Source: Gammaproteobacteria bacterium (GTDB lineage Bacteria; Pseudomonadota; Gammaproteobacteria; Eutrophobiales; Eutrophobiaceae). Taken from it: a stretch of DNA of 46,575 bases. Positions 1 to 10,579 of the stretch are shown in pieces; positions within the stretch are counted from its first letter, which is position 1; every line of letters begins with the position of its first letter. The notes beneath the pieces are model-generated. The model saw only the letters and a program-made list of their open reading frames with translations. It ran no database searches and was not told where the DNA came from. A program made the position numbers and the translations under genes. The DNA is taken from assembly GCA_038922895.1 (NCBI GenBank), contig JBCKWF010000001.1, positions 1 through 46,575 on the forward strand, written 5' to 3'.

Positions 1-257
1 CTTGATATGGTTAGCATACCAAGGGAATCATAAACTGTATCATCTCGGTGTTTGCTGACTTGAATACTAATGAAATCAGTTGTTGCAACTTTATTTTCAT
101 TATCTAATTTAGCTTTTACGAGAATCCAGCGAGAGCTTTCTTGCATGTCTTGCTCTACACACAATAATGAATTATTTTCTGACCAAGCTACCGTTCGTGC
201 AGAATTCTGCACGGGGTCATATTTCATGCTATCGAAACTTGAAAGTATTTTTTTCAT
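1..257 (-). CDS. hypothetical protein, N-terminal part only (ORF runs off the left edge of the window)
   Basis: Manual reverse translation gives an ATG at 257 and 85 stop-free codons (MKKILSSFDSMKYDPVQNSARTVAWSENN...) in AT-rich DNA. A GGTGA-like SD lies just upstream. It is absent from the ORF track because no stop falls inside the window. No family recognised. Confidence 0.35.
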   Translation of the reverse strand, partial: MKKILSSFDSMKYDPVQNSARTVAWSENNSLLCVEQDMQESSRWILVKAKLDNENKVATTDFISIQVSKHRDDTVYDSLGMLTIS

Positions 258-285
258 TTCTTCACCGACCGTAGCTATTACTTAG

Positions 286-1594
286 GAATCGCGTGAAAAT
301 AACTTGACCAATACGGTTTGCTGGTGTTTAATAATGGCATGCAAGATGCAGCCTCGCTACGCCAGATCAAATCACGCTATCGCTCGCTTGGGCCTTTGAT
401 GGATGAGCGGCTGCGCCGGCAATGGGCTGCGACGGAAGCGCCGAGCCTACGGACGAGGCGGAATGAGCGCGGTGAGCGGCGCTACGGGAATGTCGCGCAA
501 CACGATTCGCAAGGGATTGGCCGAGGTGGCGGCGCGCAAGAAGAAACCCAAGGCGGCAGTGGATGCTCGCTTGCGCAAGCAAGGCGGGGGACGCAAACGG
601 CTCACGGAAACTGACCCGGGCTTGCTGGGCGCGCTGGAACAATTGGTCGAGCCGACGAGCCGGGGAGATCCCATGTCTCCTTTGCGCTGGACCTGCAAAA
701 GCACGTCCAATCTGGCTGCAGCATTGACCCGCCAGGGGCATCCCATCGGCGCCTGGACGGTAGGGAAATTATTGAATGAAGCCGGTTATAGTTTGCAGGG
801 CAACCGCAAGACGAAGGAGGGAGGCTCGCATCCGGACCGCAATGTGCAGTTCGAGTATATCAACACGACGGTCCAGCAATTTCAGCATCGCGGCCAGCCG
901 GTGATTTCAGTCGACACGAAGAAAAAGGAACTGGTAGGCCTGTTCAAGAACGGCGGACGCGAGTGGCAGCCCAAAGGCGAGCCGGAAGAAGTGCTGGTGC
1001 ATGACTTTGTCGATAAGCAATTGGGTAAAGTCATTCCCTATGGGGTGTTCGATCTGAGTCTGAACGAGGGCTGGGTCAGTGTGGGCATCGACCACGATAC
1101 CGCGCAGTTCGCGGTACAGGCCATCGGTCGGTGGTGGCAGAAGATGGGGGCGAAGCGTTATCCCCATGCCAAAGAATTGTTGATCACCGCCGACGGGGGT
1201 GGCAGCAACGGTAGCCGATGCCGGTTGTGGAAGGTTGCGCTACAAGAGTTGGCCACACGTTTGGGGCTGCCCATCCATGTGCGCCACTTCCCGCCGGGAA
1301 CCAGCAAATGGAACAAGATCGAACATCGCATGTTCAGTCACATTACCAAGAACTGGCGTGGTCGTCCGTTGGTGAGCCACGAGGTCATTATCAATTTAAT
1401 CGCCAACACCAAGACCAAGGCTGGCTTACGAATTCGCACGGAATTGGATCGGGGCAATTATCCAACCGAAATCAAAATCAGTGACGCGGAATTGAATGCG
1501 TTGAATCTGAAGCAAGCGCAATTTCACGGCGATTGGAATTACGCGCTGTTTCCGCAACGAAAGAAATAATGGTCAACTTATTTTCATGTGACTA
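286..1594 (+). mobile_element. ISAzo13-like insertion sequence (about 1.3 kb)
   Basis: Imperfect terminal inverted repeats: 293-310 gtgaaaataacttgacca against the reverse complement of 1570-1587 tggtcaacttattttcat (16/18, with weaker matches extending to about 25 bp). A flanking direct repeat (ta)cttag occurs at 279-285 and 1593-1599. The element encloses a DDE transposase of the ISAzo13 type. Confidence 0.75.
339..1569 (+). pseudogene. ISAzo13-family DDE transposase, interrupted by a 1-nt frameshift near 438-444
   Basis: The N-terminal HTH part (MQDAASLRQIKSRYRSLGPLMDERLRRQWAATEA) is in the frame of ORF 318-614. It continues as RAYGRGGMSAVSGATGMSRNTIRKGL... in the frame of ORF 403-1569, with one extra base (c441) between the two. 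The 403-1569 ORF still contains the whole DDE domain. Confidence 0.75.
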
Positions 1595-1665
1595 CTTAGC
1601 TTATTGTGGCTACGTTCATAATTCGCGAGCGCCGCAAGGTGTTGATTTATAAAGCGCCTTGTTTC

Positions 1666-3357
1666 TCAGGGGGAGGGCTTGATTTCCTTCTGCAACAATC
1701 TTGCCGAACCCTCGCCGCGCTTGTCCGAGACCGCATAGACATGACCGGTACGCTTGTCCCACATGACCGCATGCATATCACCGTAGTCCCTGTTCGACAC
1801 ACGTAATTCGTGGCCACGTGCGCGCAGCTGCTGTTGTTCCTGTTCGCTAAATGCAGAAGGCTCGAACTGGACAACGTCCGGTTTGTACTGGTGATGATAG
1901 CGGGGCAGGTCAACCCAGGATTCTGGCAACTGGCCATCCGCAAAATCCAGGATACCGAGCAATACCATCGATATAATCCGGCTGCCGCCGGGCGTGCCTA
2001 GAATACCGACACGCTCATCAGTTTCCACAAACGTAGGCGACATGCTCGATAACGGCCGTTTGCCAGGGGCAATCGCATTCGCTTCAAAACCAACCAGCCC
2101 GTATGAGTTCGGCGTGTCCGGCTTTATAGCGAAATCATCCATCTCGTTATTTACCACCACCCCGGTCCCCGGTATGACAAACCCGGAGCCGAATGTCAGG
2201 TTGATACTGAGTGTACCCCCCACCCGGTTACCTTCTGTATCGATAATGGAAAAATGCGTGGTCGATTCACCGGATTGCTTGGGTCCGGGCACATCACCAA
2301 GCTCGGCGCTCGGTGTCGCCTTGTCCGGATTGATCGTCATCGTCAGTGCATCGATATAGTCCGGATCGAGCAGCCGATCCACAGGTATGCTGACGAAATC
2401 CGGATCGCCAAGAAACACGGAACGATCACGGTAGGCGCGGCGCAACGCCTCAATCACATAATGCGCCCTGCTCACCCTGTCCATTGGACCCAGATCAAAA
2501 TGCTCAAGTATCTTCAACGCCTCTGCCAGCACAATACCACCGGAGGATGGTGGAGAGGCAGATACCACACTGATATTTTTATAGGTGAACTTCTGCGGCT
2601 GGCGTTCGAGCACGAGATATTGTTCCAGGTCCTTCAGGCTCCATATACCACCATACTGTTGCATGCCCTGCACCAGTCTGGCTGCCATCTCACCATAATA
2701 AAAACCTGCCAGGCCTTTATCCGAGATGGACTGCAGCGTGTTGGCCAGATCAGTCTGCACAAGCAGATCGCCTGGCTCCGGCACCTTTCCGTCCGGCAGA
2801 AATATCTGCGCGGTTGGCGGGTATTGCAGCATTACTTCTGACCGGCCCTGGATCTGTCGTTGTAGTCCCGGCGTTACAGCAAAACCCTGTTTTGCATACC
2901 GGATTGCCGGTGCCAGACTGGTCGCTAGCGGCAAGCGGCCGTAATACATGGCTATATAGACCAGACCGGCAGGGATGCCGGGGATGCCGCCTGCAAGTGG
3001 GCCATCCAACGACAATCTGGGTTTGATTTCATCATTTTCATCTAGGTACATACGGGCATGCCCAAATTCCGGTGCCTTCTCCCGGCCATCGATCATGACC
3101 TGTTTGCCATCACTTTCCCTATGCAACAACCAGAAGCCACCACCACCTAGTCCGGACCCGGATGGATCGACGACAGCAAGTGCAGCACTGACAGCAACTG
3201 CCGCATCAAACGCATTACCACCCTGCTGCAGGATTTCAATTCCTGCATCGGTTGCAAGTGCATGTGCGCTGGCGATAGCAGCCGTCTGCGGCTGGGCCCC
3301 GGTACAGATGACCGGTACCAGTAACGCAACCAGCAGCACACTTCTCATACTCACCAT
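1666..3357 (-). CDS. ggt: gamma-glutamyltransferase (periplasmic, signal peptide)
   Basis: Autoprocessing and catalytic site TTHFSIID, plus GGSRI and MDDF motifs and an N-terminal signal peptide MRSVLLVALLVPVICTGA. I chose the ATG at 3357 because a GAGGGT SD lies 6 nt upstream. An ATG at 3378 or TTG at 3381 are alternatives. Confidence 0.9.
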   Translation of the reverse strand: MVSMRSVLLVALLVPVICTGAQPQTAAIASAHALATDAGIEILQQGGNAFDAAVAVSAALAVVDPSGSGLGGGGFWLLHRESDGKQVMIDGREKAPEFGHARMYLDENDEIKPRLSLDGPLAGGIPGIPAGLVYIAMYYGRLPLATSLAPAIRYAKQGFAVTPGLQRQIQGRSEVMLQYPPTAQIFLPDGKVPEPGDLLVQTDLANTLQSISDKGLAGFYYGEMAARLVQGMQQYGGIWSLKDLEQYLVLERQPQKFTYKNISVVSASPPSSGGIVLAEALKILEHFDLGPMDRVSRAHYVIEALRRAYRDRSVFLGDPDFVSIPVDRLLDPDYIDALTMTINPDKATPSAELGDVPGPKQSGESTTHFSIIDTEGNRVGGTLSINLTFGSGFVIPGTGVVVNNEMDDFAIKPDTPNSYGLVGFEANAIAPGKRPLSSMSPTFVETDERVGILGTPGGSRIISMVLLGILDFADGQLPESWVDLPRYHHQYKPDVVQFEPSAFSEQEQQQLRARGHELRVSNRDYGDMHAVMWDKRTGHVYAVSDKRGEGSARLLQKEIKPSP

Positions 3358-3405
3358 GATACTACCCTCATACTTCATCAACTCAAATGGAACGCCGGGG
3401 CTGTC

Positions 3406-4721
<1,316 letters not shown>

Positions 4722-4733
4722 ACGGCAAAATGT

Positions 4734-6056
4734 TCAATTACCCGGGCCGGTGGCAGACGGCGCAACCGGACCGACCATCACAGTAACAAACTTGTCTGTA
4801 TCAAGACGGCGCGAAAATGCGTCCTTTATCTGTTCGACCGTGACCGCTGTAACCCTGTCATTGAATCTGTCCAGATAATCCAGTGGCAGTCCGTAAAAAC
4901 CGATCACCGAAAGATAGCCTGATATCTTCTTGTTACTGTCTATACGCAACGGAAATCCGCCAGTAATGTTTTTCTTCACCGCGACCAGTTCAGCATCTGT
5001 CGGCCCCTGCTCGACAAAATCGGATATTGTTTTCTGCAATACTGCCAGGCCCTCTGCGGCCTGATCTTCACGCGTCTGTATACTGGCGAGGAACGGCCCG
5101 GAGTCCCGGCGCGGCGCAAAATAACTGCTGGCACTGTAGGATAACCCCCGTTTCTCCCGCACTTCTTCAAATAACCTCGAGACCAGGCCACCACTACCGA
5201 GTATCTGGTTACCGACATACAGGGGAAAGTAGTCCGGATCACCATAACGCATGCCTGGCTGGCCAACCAGGATATGCACCTGGGACGAAGGGTGCGGAAT
5301 ACTGATCGTTGCCGCCGCGGTTAGCGGCTTCACTTCAGTGACAGGTCCAGGCCTGTTGCCCTCGGGCAGATCACGTGTAATCATTTCAGCTATGGCCTCA
5401 GCACCAGCCCTGTCAGTATCACCCACGATCGTAATCATCACATTACTGGCTGTATAAAATTCAGTATGGAACCTGACCAGATCCGCCCGTTCAATAACCG
5501 CCAGGGTCTCCGCAGTTCCTTCATTCAGATAGGCATAGGGATGGCCCTGGTATATCGCAGCAAGAAATTTTTCCCCGGCAATATCTGACGGCGACTGCTG
5601 GTTTCTCTGGAGCGCAACCAGCAACTGGTTCCGTTGCCGGTCCAGATCTGCCTCGATGAAATCCGGATGGGTGATCACCCGGTGCAGATTTTCCAGTGCC
5701 GGTTGCAACCTGGCATCATCCGCGAGACTTCGCAGTGACACTGAGGCAGAGTCGTAGCCTGATTGGGCACCAAATTCTGCCCCAAGCCGTTCGAACTCGA
5801 AACTGATCTGGTCTGCATCCATTCCATCAGCAGCCTGATCGAGCAGGCTGTTGGCAAGCAGGGACAGTCCCCGTTTGTCCTGCGGGTCCCGCACACTGCC
5901 GGCATCAAATACCATCTGTATATCCAGCATAGGCAGCTGGTTTGTTTCAACAAAATAGACACTGATCCCACTTGCAGTCTGCCAGGTCTGGATTGCTGGC
6001 GCGGTCAGTGCGTTGACCGGGACCAACAGCAGTAGAAGTAACAGTCTATTCAGCAT
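4734..6056 (-). CDS. M16-family peptidase-like protein, non-catalytic partner (no HxxEH), secreted
   Basis: M16 fold-like sequence that lacks the HxxEH zinc motif. Signal peptide MLNRLLLLLLLVPVNALTAP starts at the ATG at 6056. The longer ORF to 6143 overlaps the upstream gene by about 100 nt and is unlikely. Confidence 0.8.
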   Translation of the reverse strand: MLNRLLLLLLLVPVNALTAPAIQTWQTASGISVYFVETNQLPMLDIQMVFDAGSVRDPQDKRGLSLLANSLLDQAADGMDADQISFEFERLGAEFGAQSGYDSASVSLRSLADDARLQPALENLHRVITHPDFIEADLDRQRNQLLVALQRNQQSPSDIAGEKFLAAIYQGHPYAYLNEGTAETLAVIERADLVRFHTEFYTASNVMITIVGDTDRAGAEAIAEMITRDLPEGNRPGPVTEVKPLTAAATISIPHPSSQVHILVGQPGMRYGDPDYFPLYVGNQILGSGGLVSRLFEEVREKRGLSYSASSYFAPRRDSGPFLASIQTREDQAAEGLAVLQKTISDFVEQGPTDAELVAVKKNITGGFPLRIDSNKKISGYLSVIGFYGLPLDYLDRFNDRVTAVTVEQIKDAFSRRLDTDKFVTVMVGPVAPSATGPGN

Positions 6057-7428
6057 TCTGATCTCCTTTTGTAGTCGGTCCCTGTGTCGCTGCTTCGTCC
6101 ATCGGCAGTGGTTCCAGCAAGGCGACCGTGGCCCTGTCATCAACCAGATATTTTTGGGCGACCGTGAGCACCTGCGCGGCCGTAATTTGCTGGATACGAT
6201 CTACGTATTCGTCTGCCAACTGCCACCCAAGCCCGACAGTCTCGAACGTACCGAGCACCATTCCCTGGAAAAATGCGGAGTCACGTTCGTACACTTCACT
6301 GGAAACTACCTGCGCCTTGATTCTCTGCAACTCGTCTATGCTTACTTCATTCTCGCGCAGTTCGTCAACCTGCTGCCTGATTGCCGTTTCCAGTTCTGCT
6401 ACGGTCCTGTCTTGTGCGGGGGTCGCACCGACAGTAAACAGACCATCCAGTCTGCCCGTCAGTTGATAACCGCTACTGGCACCGGTAGCCACCTGCTGGC
6501 CACGGACCAGCCTGGATTCAAACCTGGCACTGCTGCCGCCACTCAGGATACCGGACAACACTTCCAGCGCATACGGCTCCCAGGCTTCAACTTCCGCATT
6601 CTCACCCTGCACAGATATCAAGCCCGGCACCTTCCAGGCCATATACAACTGAGGGACCTCTGCCGGTCGTTTTACCACTACCCGCTTCAAACCCTGCTGT
6701 TGCACCTCAGGTCTGAATGAGGGAGCAACGATGACCTCCTTTTTCAACGGCCCAAAATATTTTTTCGCGAGCGCATGGACTGCTTCCGCCTGTATATCGC
6801 CGACCACAACAACGGTCGCATTGTTCGGGGCATACCATTGTCTGTACCAGTCTCTGAGTTGCTCAACCTGCATAGACTTCAGATCTGCCATCCAGCCAAT
6901 AACAGGCTGACGATACGGGCTGGTCTGGAACGCTGTCGCTGTCGCAATTTCCCGCATGAATGCATTCGGATTGTCTTCGGTACGCAGGCGTCGTTCTTCC
7001 ATGACTACTTCAATCTCTTTCGAAAATTCAACCTCTGGCAGGGTCAGATTTCGCATGCGGTCTGCCTCCAGCTCAAAACTGATAGGCAACCGCGATTTTT
7101 CCATGGTCTGGAAATAGGCGGTGTAATCATCTCCGGTGAAGGCATTTTCGTTACCGCCATTTTCTGAAATGATGCGCGAAAATTCTCCTTCACCGTGCTT
7201 GCGGGTCCCCTTGAACATCATATGTTCGAGCGCATGTGATATTCCGGTGATTCCGTCATATTCATAACTGGAACCGACCTTGTACCAGACCTGGGATACC
7301 ACCACAGGGGCCCGGTGGTCTTCTTTCACCAGCAACTTCAGTCCGTTTTTCAGGACATACTCCTGAACCTGCGCCCCTGCAAGCGTGCTGCACAGACACA
7401 GGAGAATAGCCAGAATCGACTTTAACAC
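6046..7428 (-). CDS. M16-family zinc metallopeptidase (pitrilysin-like), secreted
   Basis: HALEH (HxxEH) zinc-binding motif in ISHALEHMMFKG, and N-terminal signal peptide MLKSILAILLCLCSTLAGA. Paired with a downstream non-catalytic M16 gene. Confidence 0.88.
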   Translation of the reverse strand: MLKSILAILLCLCSTLAGAQVQEYVLKNGLKLLVKEDHRAPVVVSQVWYKVGSSYEYDGITGISHALEHMMFKGTRKHGEGEFSRIISENGGNENAFTGDDYTAYFQTMEKSRLPISFELEADRMRNLTLPEVEFSKEIEVVMEERRLRTEDNPNAFMREIATATAFQTSPYRQPVIGWMADLKSMQVEQLRDWYRQWYAPNNATVVVVGDIQAEAVHALAKKYFGPLKKEVIVAPSFRPEVQQQGLKRVVVKRPAEVPQLYMAWKVPGLISVQGENAEVEAWEPYALEVLSGILSGGSSARFESRLVRGQQVATGASSGYQLTGRLDGLFTVGATPAQDRTVAELETAIRQQVDELRENEVSIDELQRIKAQVVSSEVYERDSAFFQGMVLGTFETVGLGWQLADEYVDRIQQITAAQVLTVAQKYLVDDRATVALLEPLPMDEAATQGPTTKGDQNAE

Positions 7429-7633
7429 GTGTGATCTCCCGATGGGTTTACCAAAACTACAGACATATTTTAAGTAACATTAATTTATTATATTGTATTT
7501 TAGCAGCAAAGCTGGTGCTAATGATACGCGCTGAAACAGTTCGCTGAGCATACTACGGTGTATTCATCAAACAGTGGTTGGGTTAGAATCCGCGCCGGGA
7601 AGCAAAACACCAGCCTAAACCAGATGGATTACG

Positions 7634-8464
7634 ATGAAACCCCATAAGCAACAGAAAACTGTAAAACCCCCTGCCAGTTCACAGGCTGCACAGGCTGACA
7701 TCCACCAACTCTACGAGGCCGCGGTCCAGTGTGTGGAAGCGGAGATCGATTTCGTTGATCAAACCTATAAAAAACTTCGCGGCGGCCCTGCCCGTACGCT
7801 GCGAGAAGATTTCTGCGGCACGCTGAACACGTCCTGTGAATGGGTACGTCGGCGCAAAAGTAATCTGGCCTACAGTGTCGATCTGGACCGCAAGGTGCTG
7901 GCATGGGGCAAGGCCAACAAGCTTGCAAAACTGGACCGTCAGCAGCAGGACAGAATCACCATTTTCAGAAGTGATGTGAGAACGGTCAAGACACCTCCGG
8001 CAGATATCGTACTGGCGATGAACTTCAGCTACTGGATATTCAAGTCACGTAAGGCCATGATTGCTTATTTCCGCCATATCCACGCCAGTCTTGAGAAGAA
8101 TGGCATCTTGTTTCTGGACAGCTTTGGCGGCCATGAAGCCTACAAGGAAATGCTGGAGACCACCCGCAACAAAGGCTTTACTTATGTCTGGGACCAGCAT
8201 AAATATAATCCAATTACCAATGACGGACTGTTTCATATCCACTTCAGGTTCAAGGACGGATCTGCAATTGAAAAGGCGTTTAGCTATGACTGGAGGATAT
8301 GGAGCCTGCCTGAAACCACGGAGATGCTGACTGAAGCGGGGTTCCGGCCAGCGGTTTACTGGGAGGGCACCGGCAAGGACGGTCAGGGCAATGGGGTTTT
8401 CACCCGGACCACCAAAGGTGAAGCAGATGCGAGCTGGATCGCCTACATTGTCGCGGAAAAGTAA
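7634..8464 (+). CDS. class I SAM-dependent methyltransferase, substrate unknown
   Basis: LREDFCGTLNTS (motif I-like) and VLAMNFSYW (post-I/II-like). 276 aa. Confidence 0.7.
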   Translation: MKPHKQQKTVKPPASSQAAQADIHQLYEAAVQCVEAEIDFVDQTYKKLRGGPARTLREDFCGTLNTSCEWVRRRKSNLAYSVDLDRKVLAWGKANKLAKLDRQQQDRITIFRSDVRTVKTPPADIVLAMNFSYWIFKSRKAMIAYFRHIHASLEKNGILFLDSFGGHEAYKEMLETTRNKGFTYVWDQHKYNPITNDGLFHIHFRFKDGSAIEKAFSYDWRIWSLPETTEMLTEAGFRPAVYWEGTGKDGQGNGVFTRTTKGEADASWIAYIVAEK

Positions 8465-8473
8465 GGCGCCACC

Positions 8474-8998
8474 TTATGCAATCTCCTCCGGCCTTACCAG
8501 TTGCTGCAGTTGCGCGGCATGCGGTGCGGTGTTGATAACTGAATCAGCGTAATCGAAAATCGCCAATGCGGATGTTGTCATCAGTTTGCCCGATCCGGTT
8601 CTGTCAGGCCCTGCGCTGGCCAGATATGTTATCAGACTGTCCAGTCCGGGATTGTGGCCGATGAGTAACAGACAATGGCAATTCACCGAGTATCGGCCAA
8701 TCACAGCCAGCAACTTTTCCAAGCTTGCTTCATAAATGTCCTTTTCCCATGCAAGCAGGTCCGGCCCCAGCTTCAGCGCCTCTACGACTATTTTTGCAGT
8801 ATCCCTGGTCCGCACGGCCGGTGAGCTGACAATCAGATCGGGAACACGCTTGTGTAAGCGCATCCACCTGGCAATTTTCCGGACATCGGCATTGCCCCGT
8901 TGCGTCAGTGGACGGTCAAAATCCTGTTTGACTCCGGCATCCCAGTCCGATTTGCCATGGCGCATCAACAGCAGGTGGTAATTTCTATGATTTGTCAT
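8474..8998 (-). CDS. sixA: phosphohistidine phosphatase SixA (histidine phosphatase superfamily)
   Basis: LLLMRHGKS RHG catalytic motif and LLIGHNPG. Size is about 170 aa. Confidence 0.8.
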   Translation of the reverse strand: MTNHRNYHLLLMRHGKSDWDAGVKQDFDRPLTQRGNADVRKIARWMRLHKRVPDLIVSSPAVRTRDTAKIVVEALKLGPDLLAWEKDIYEASLEKLLAVIGRYSVNCHCLLLIGHNPGLDSLITYLASAGPDRTGSGKLMTTSALAIFDYADSVINTAPHAAQLQQLVRPEEIA

Positions 8999-9044
8999 AA
9001 TAATCCCTGAATATCTATACGGTATAATCAGGAACCAGCACTGT

Positions 9045-10547
9045 ATGACTAAAGAATCGACAGAAACCTACGCTGCCGTGGATCTCGGATCCAACAGCTT
9101 TCACATGATCGTAGCCAGTTATACCGACCAGCGCCTGCAGATTATCGACCGCATAAAAAAGATGATCCAACTGGCATCTGGCCTGGATGAAAACGATAAT
9201 CTGACTGAAGAGTCGATGTTGCGTGCACTGGAATGCCTGGAGGAGTTTGGCCAGCGGATCCGGGAAATCCCGCGCGTCAATGTCAGGGTAGTAGGCACGA
9301 ATACACTGCGTCAGGCCAACAACGGCAAGCGCTTTATTGCCATGGCTCACAAGGCACTTGGGCTTCCGATTGAAATTATTTCCGGACTTGAGGAGGCCCG
9401 GCTTATTTATCTGGGTGTGGCACATGCTGTATATGATGATACCAATAAACGTCTGGTCATAGATATAGGTGGAGGCAGCACCGAACTGATCATCGGCAAG
9501 GGTTTTGATACCTATAAAATGGAAAGCCACTATATCGGTTGCGTTAACATGAGCCGCCGGTTTTTTTCTTCCGGCAGCGTGACTGCCAAAAATATGCAGA
9601 CCGCCATACTTGCGGTCAGACAGGAACTGGAACCTGTCGAGGCTACATTCAAGAAAACCGGATGGCAAAAGGCAATAGGCTCCTCCGGCACCATCCTCAC
9701 AATTAACAGCATCGTGGCCAACAAGGGCTGGAGCAATCACGGTATCACCCGTACTGCGCTGATGAATCTGAAGGAAGAAATAATTAATACCGGACACATA
9801 AACAAATTAAACCTTCCAGGCCTGGGGGACAGCAGAATACCGGTATTCACCGGCGGACTCGCCATACTGTGCGGCATATTTGAGGCCTTTGATATTGAAC
9901 AACTCGATGTGTCTGAAGGAGCGCTGCGTGAAGGCCTGTTATACGATTTGCTTGGCAGGTTGCATGATAAGGACATACGCGATACTACAATTGCTGAACT
10001 GGGCAAACGCTACAATATAGATGCAGAACAGGCCACGCGCGTCAGAAAAACTGCGGTACAGTTGTTCAGGCAGGTCTCGGATAGCTGGGGTTTGAACCGG
10101 AAGATCGACCTGAAATACCTTGAATGGGCGGCCAGTATACATGAAATCGGCCTGGCAATTGCCCACGCCCAGTATCACCGGCATGGCACCTATTTGATTG
10201 CCAACTCCGACATGGCCGGTTTTTCCAGACAGGACCAGACCCGACTCGCATTGCTGGTCCGCTGCCATCGTCGCAAATATCCGCTAGAAGAAATAAATCT
10301 GGTCCAGAAAGAAGACTGGGACCAGGTGATCAGACTGAATATACTTTTACGGCTGGCCGTACTGTTAAACAGAAGCAGGCTCTATGCCACACCACCGAAA
10401 CTGTCAGCCAGTGTGACCGGAAGATCAATCAGTCTGGTATTACCGAAAAAATGGCTGGACAATAATCCGTTGACCCGGACCGATCTTGATTCTGAGGAAG
10501 GATACATCAAGACTGTTAATTATACGCTTAAATACAGCACGGATTGA
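9045..10547 (+). CDS. ppx: exopolyphosphatase (Ppx/GppA family)
   Basis: ASKHA phosphate-1 motif AVDLGSNSFHM, DIGGGSTE, and a C-terminal HD-like region. 500 aa, convergent with ppk. Confidence 0.9.
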   Translation: MTKESTETYAAVDLGSNSFHMIVASYTDQRLQIIDRIKKMIQLASGLDENDNLTEESMLRALECLEEFGQRIREIPRVNVRVVGTNTLRQANNGKRFIAMAHKALGLPIEIISGLEEARLIYLGVAHAVYDDTNKRLVIDIGGGSTELIIGKGFDTYKMESHYIGCVNMSRRFFSSGSVTAKNMQTAILAVRQELEPVEATFKKTGWQKAIGSSGTILTINSIVANKGWSNHGITRTALMNLKEEIINTGHINKLNLPGLGDSRIPVFTGGLAILCGIFEAFDIEQLDVSEGALREGLLYDLLGRLHDKDIRDTTIAELGKRYNIDAEQATRVRKTAVQLFRQVSDSWGLNRKIDLKYLEWAASIHEIGLAIAHAQYHRHGTYLIANSDMAGFSRQDQTRLALLVRCHRRKYPLEEINLVQKEDWDQVIRLNILLRLAVLLNRSRLYATPPKLSASVTGRSISLVLPKKWLDNNPLTRTDLDSEEGYIKTVNYTLKYSTD

Positions 10548-10579
10548 TTGCCAGCAGATACTCCGGGGCAAGCAATTAT

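Noticed and set aside
70-285. Plus-strand 71-aa ORF at the left edge
   Set aside because: The sequence looks like an antisense artefact (Cys- and Ser-rich, no SD). The opposite strand carries a longer stop-free frame from the ATG at 257 to the window edge, with more protein-like composition. I prefer the minus-strand ORF, though only at low confidence.
7585-7612. gggttagaatccgcgcc, reminiscent of a tRNA T-arm (GGTTCGAATCC), in the intergenic region upstream of the methyltransferase
   Set aside because: The flanking bases cannot form a T-stem (ttggg against ccgcg), and there is no acceptor stem, CCA context or anticodon arm. It is not a tRNA and not convincingly a tRNA remnant.
9015-9797. 260-aa minus-strand ORF
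   Set aside because: It lies entirely antisense within ppx, which has clear family motifs. This is a typical shadow ORF in GC-balanced coding DNA.
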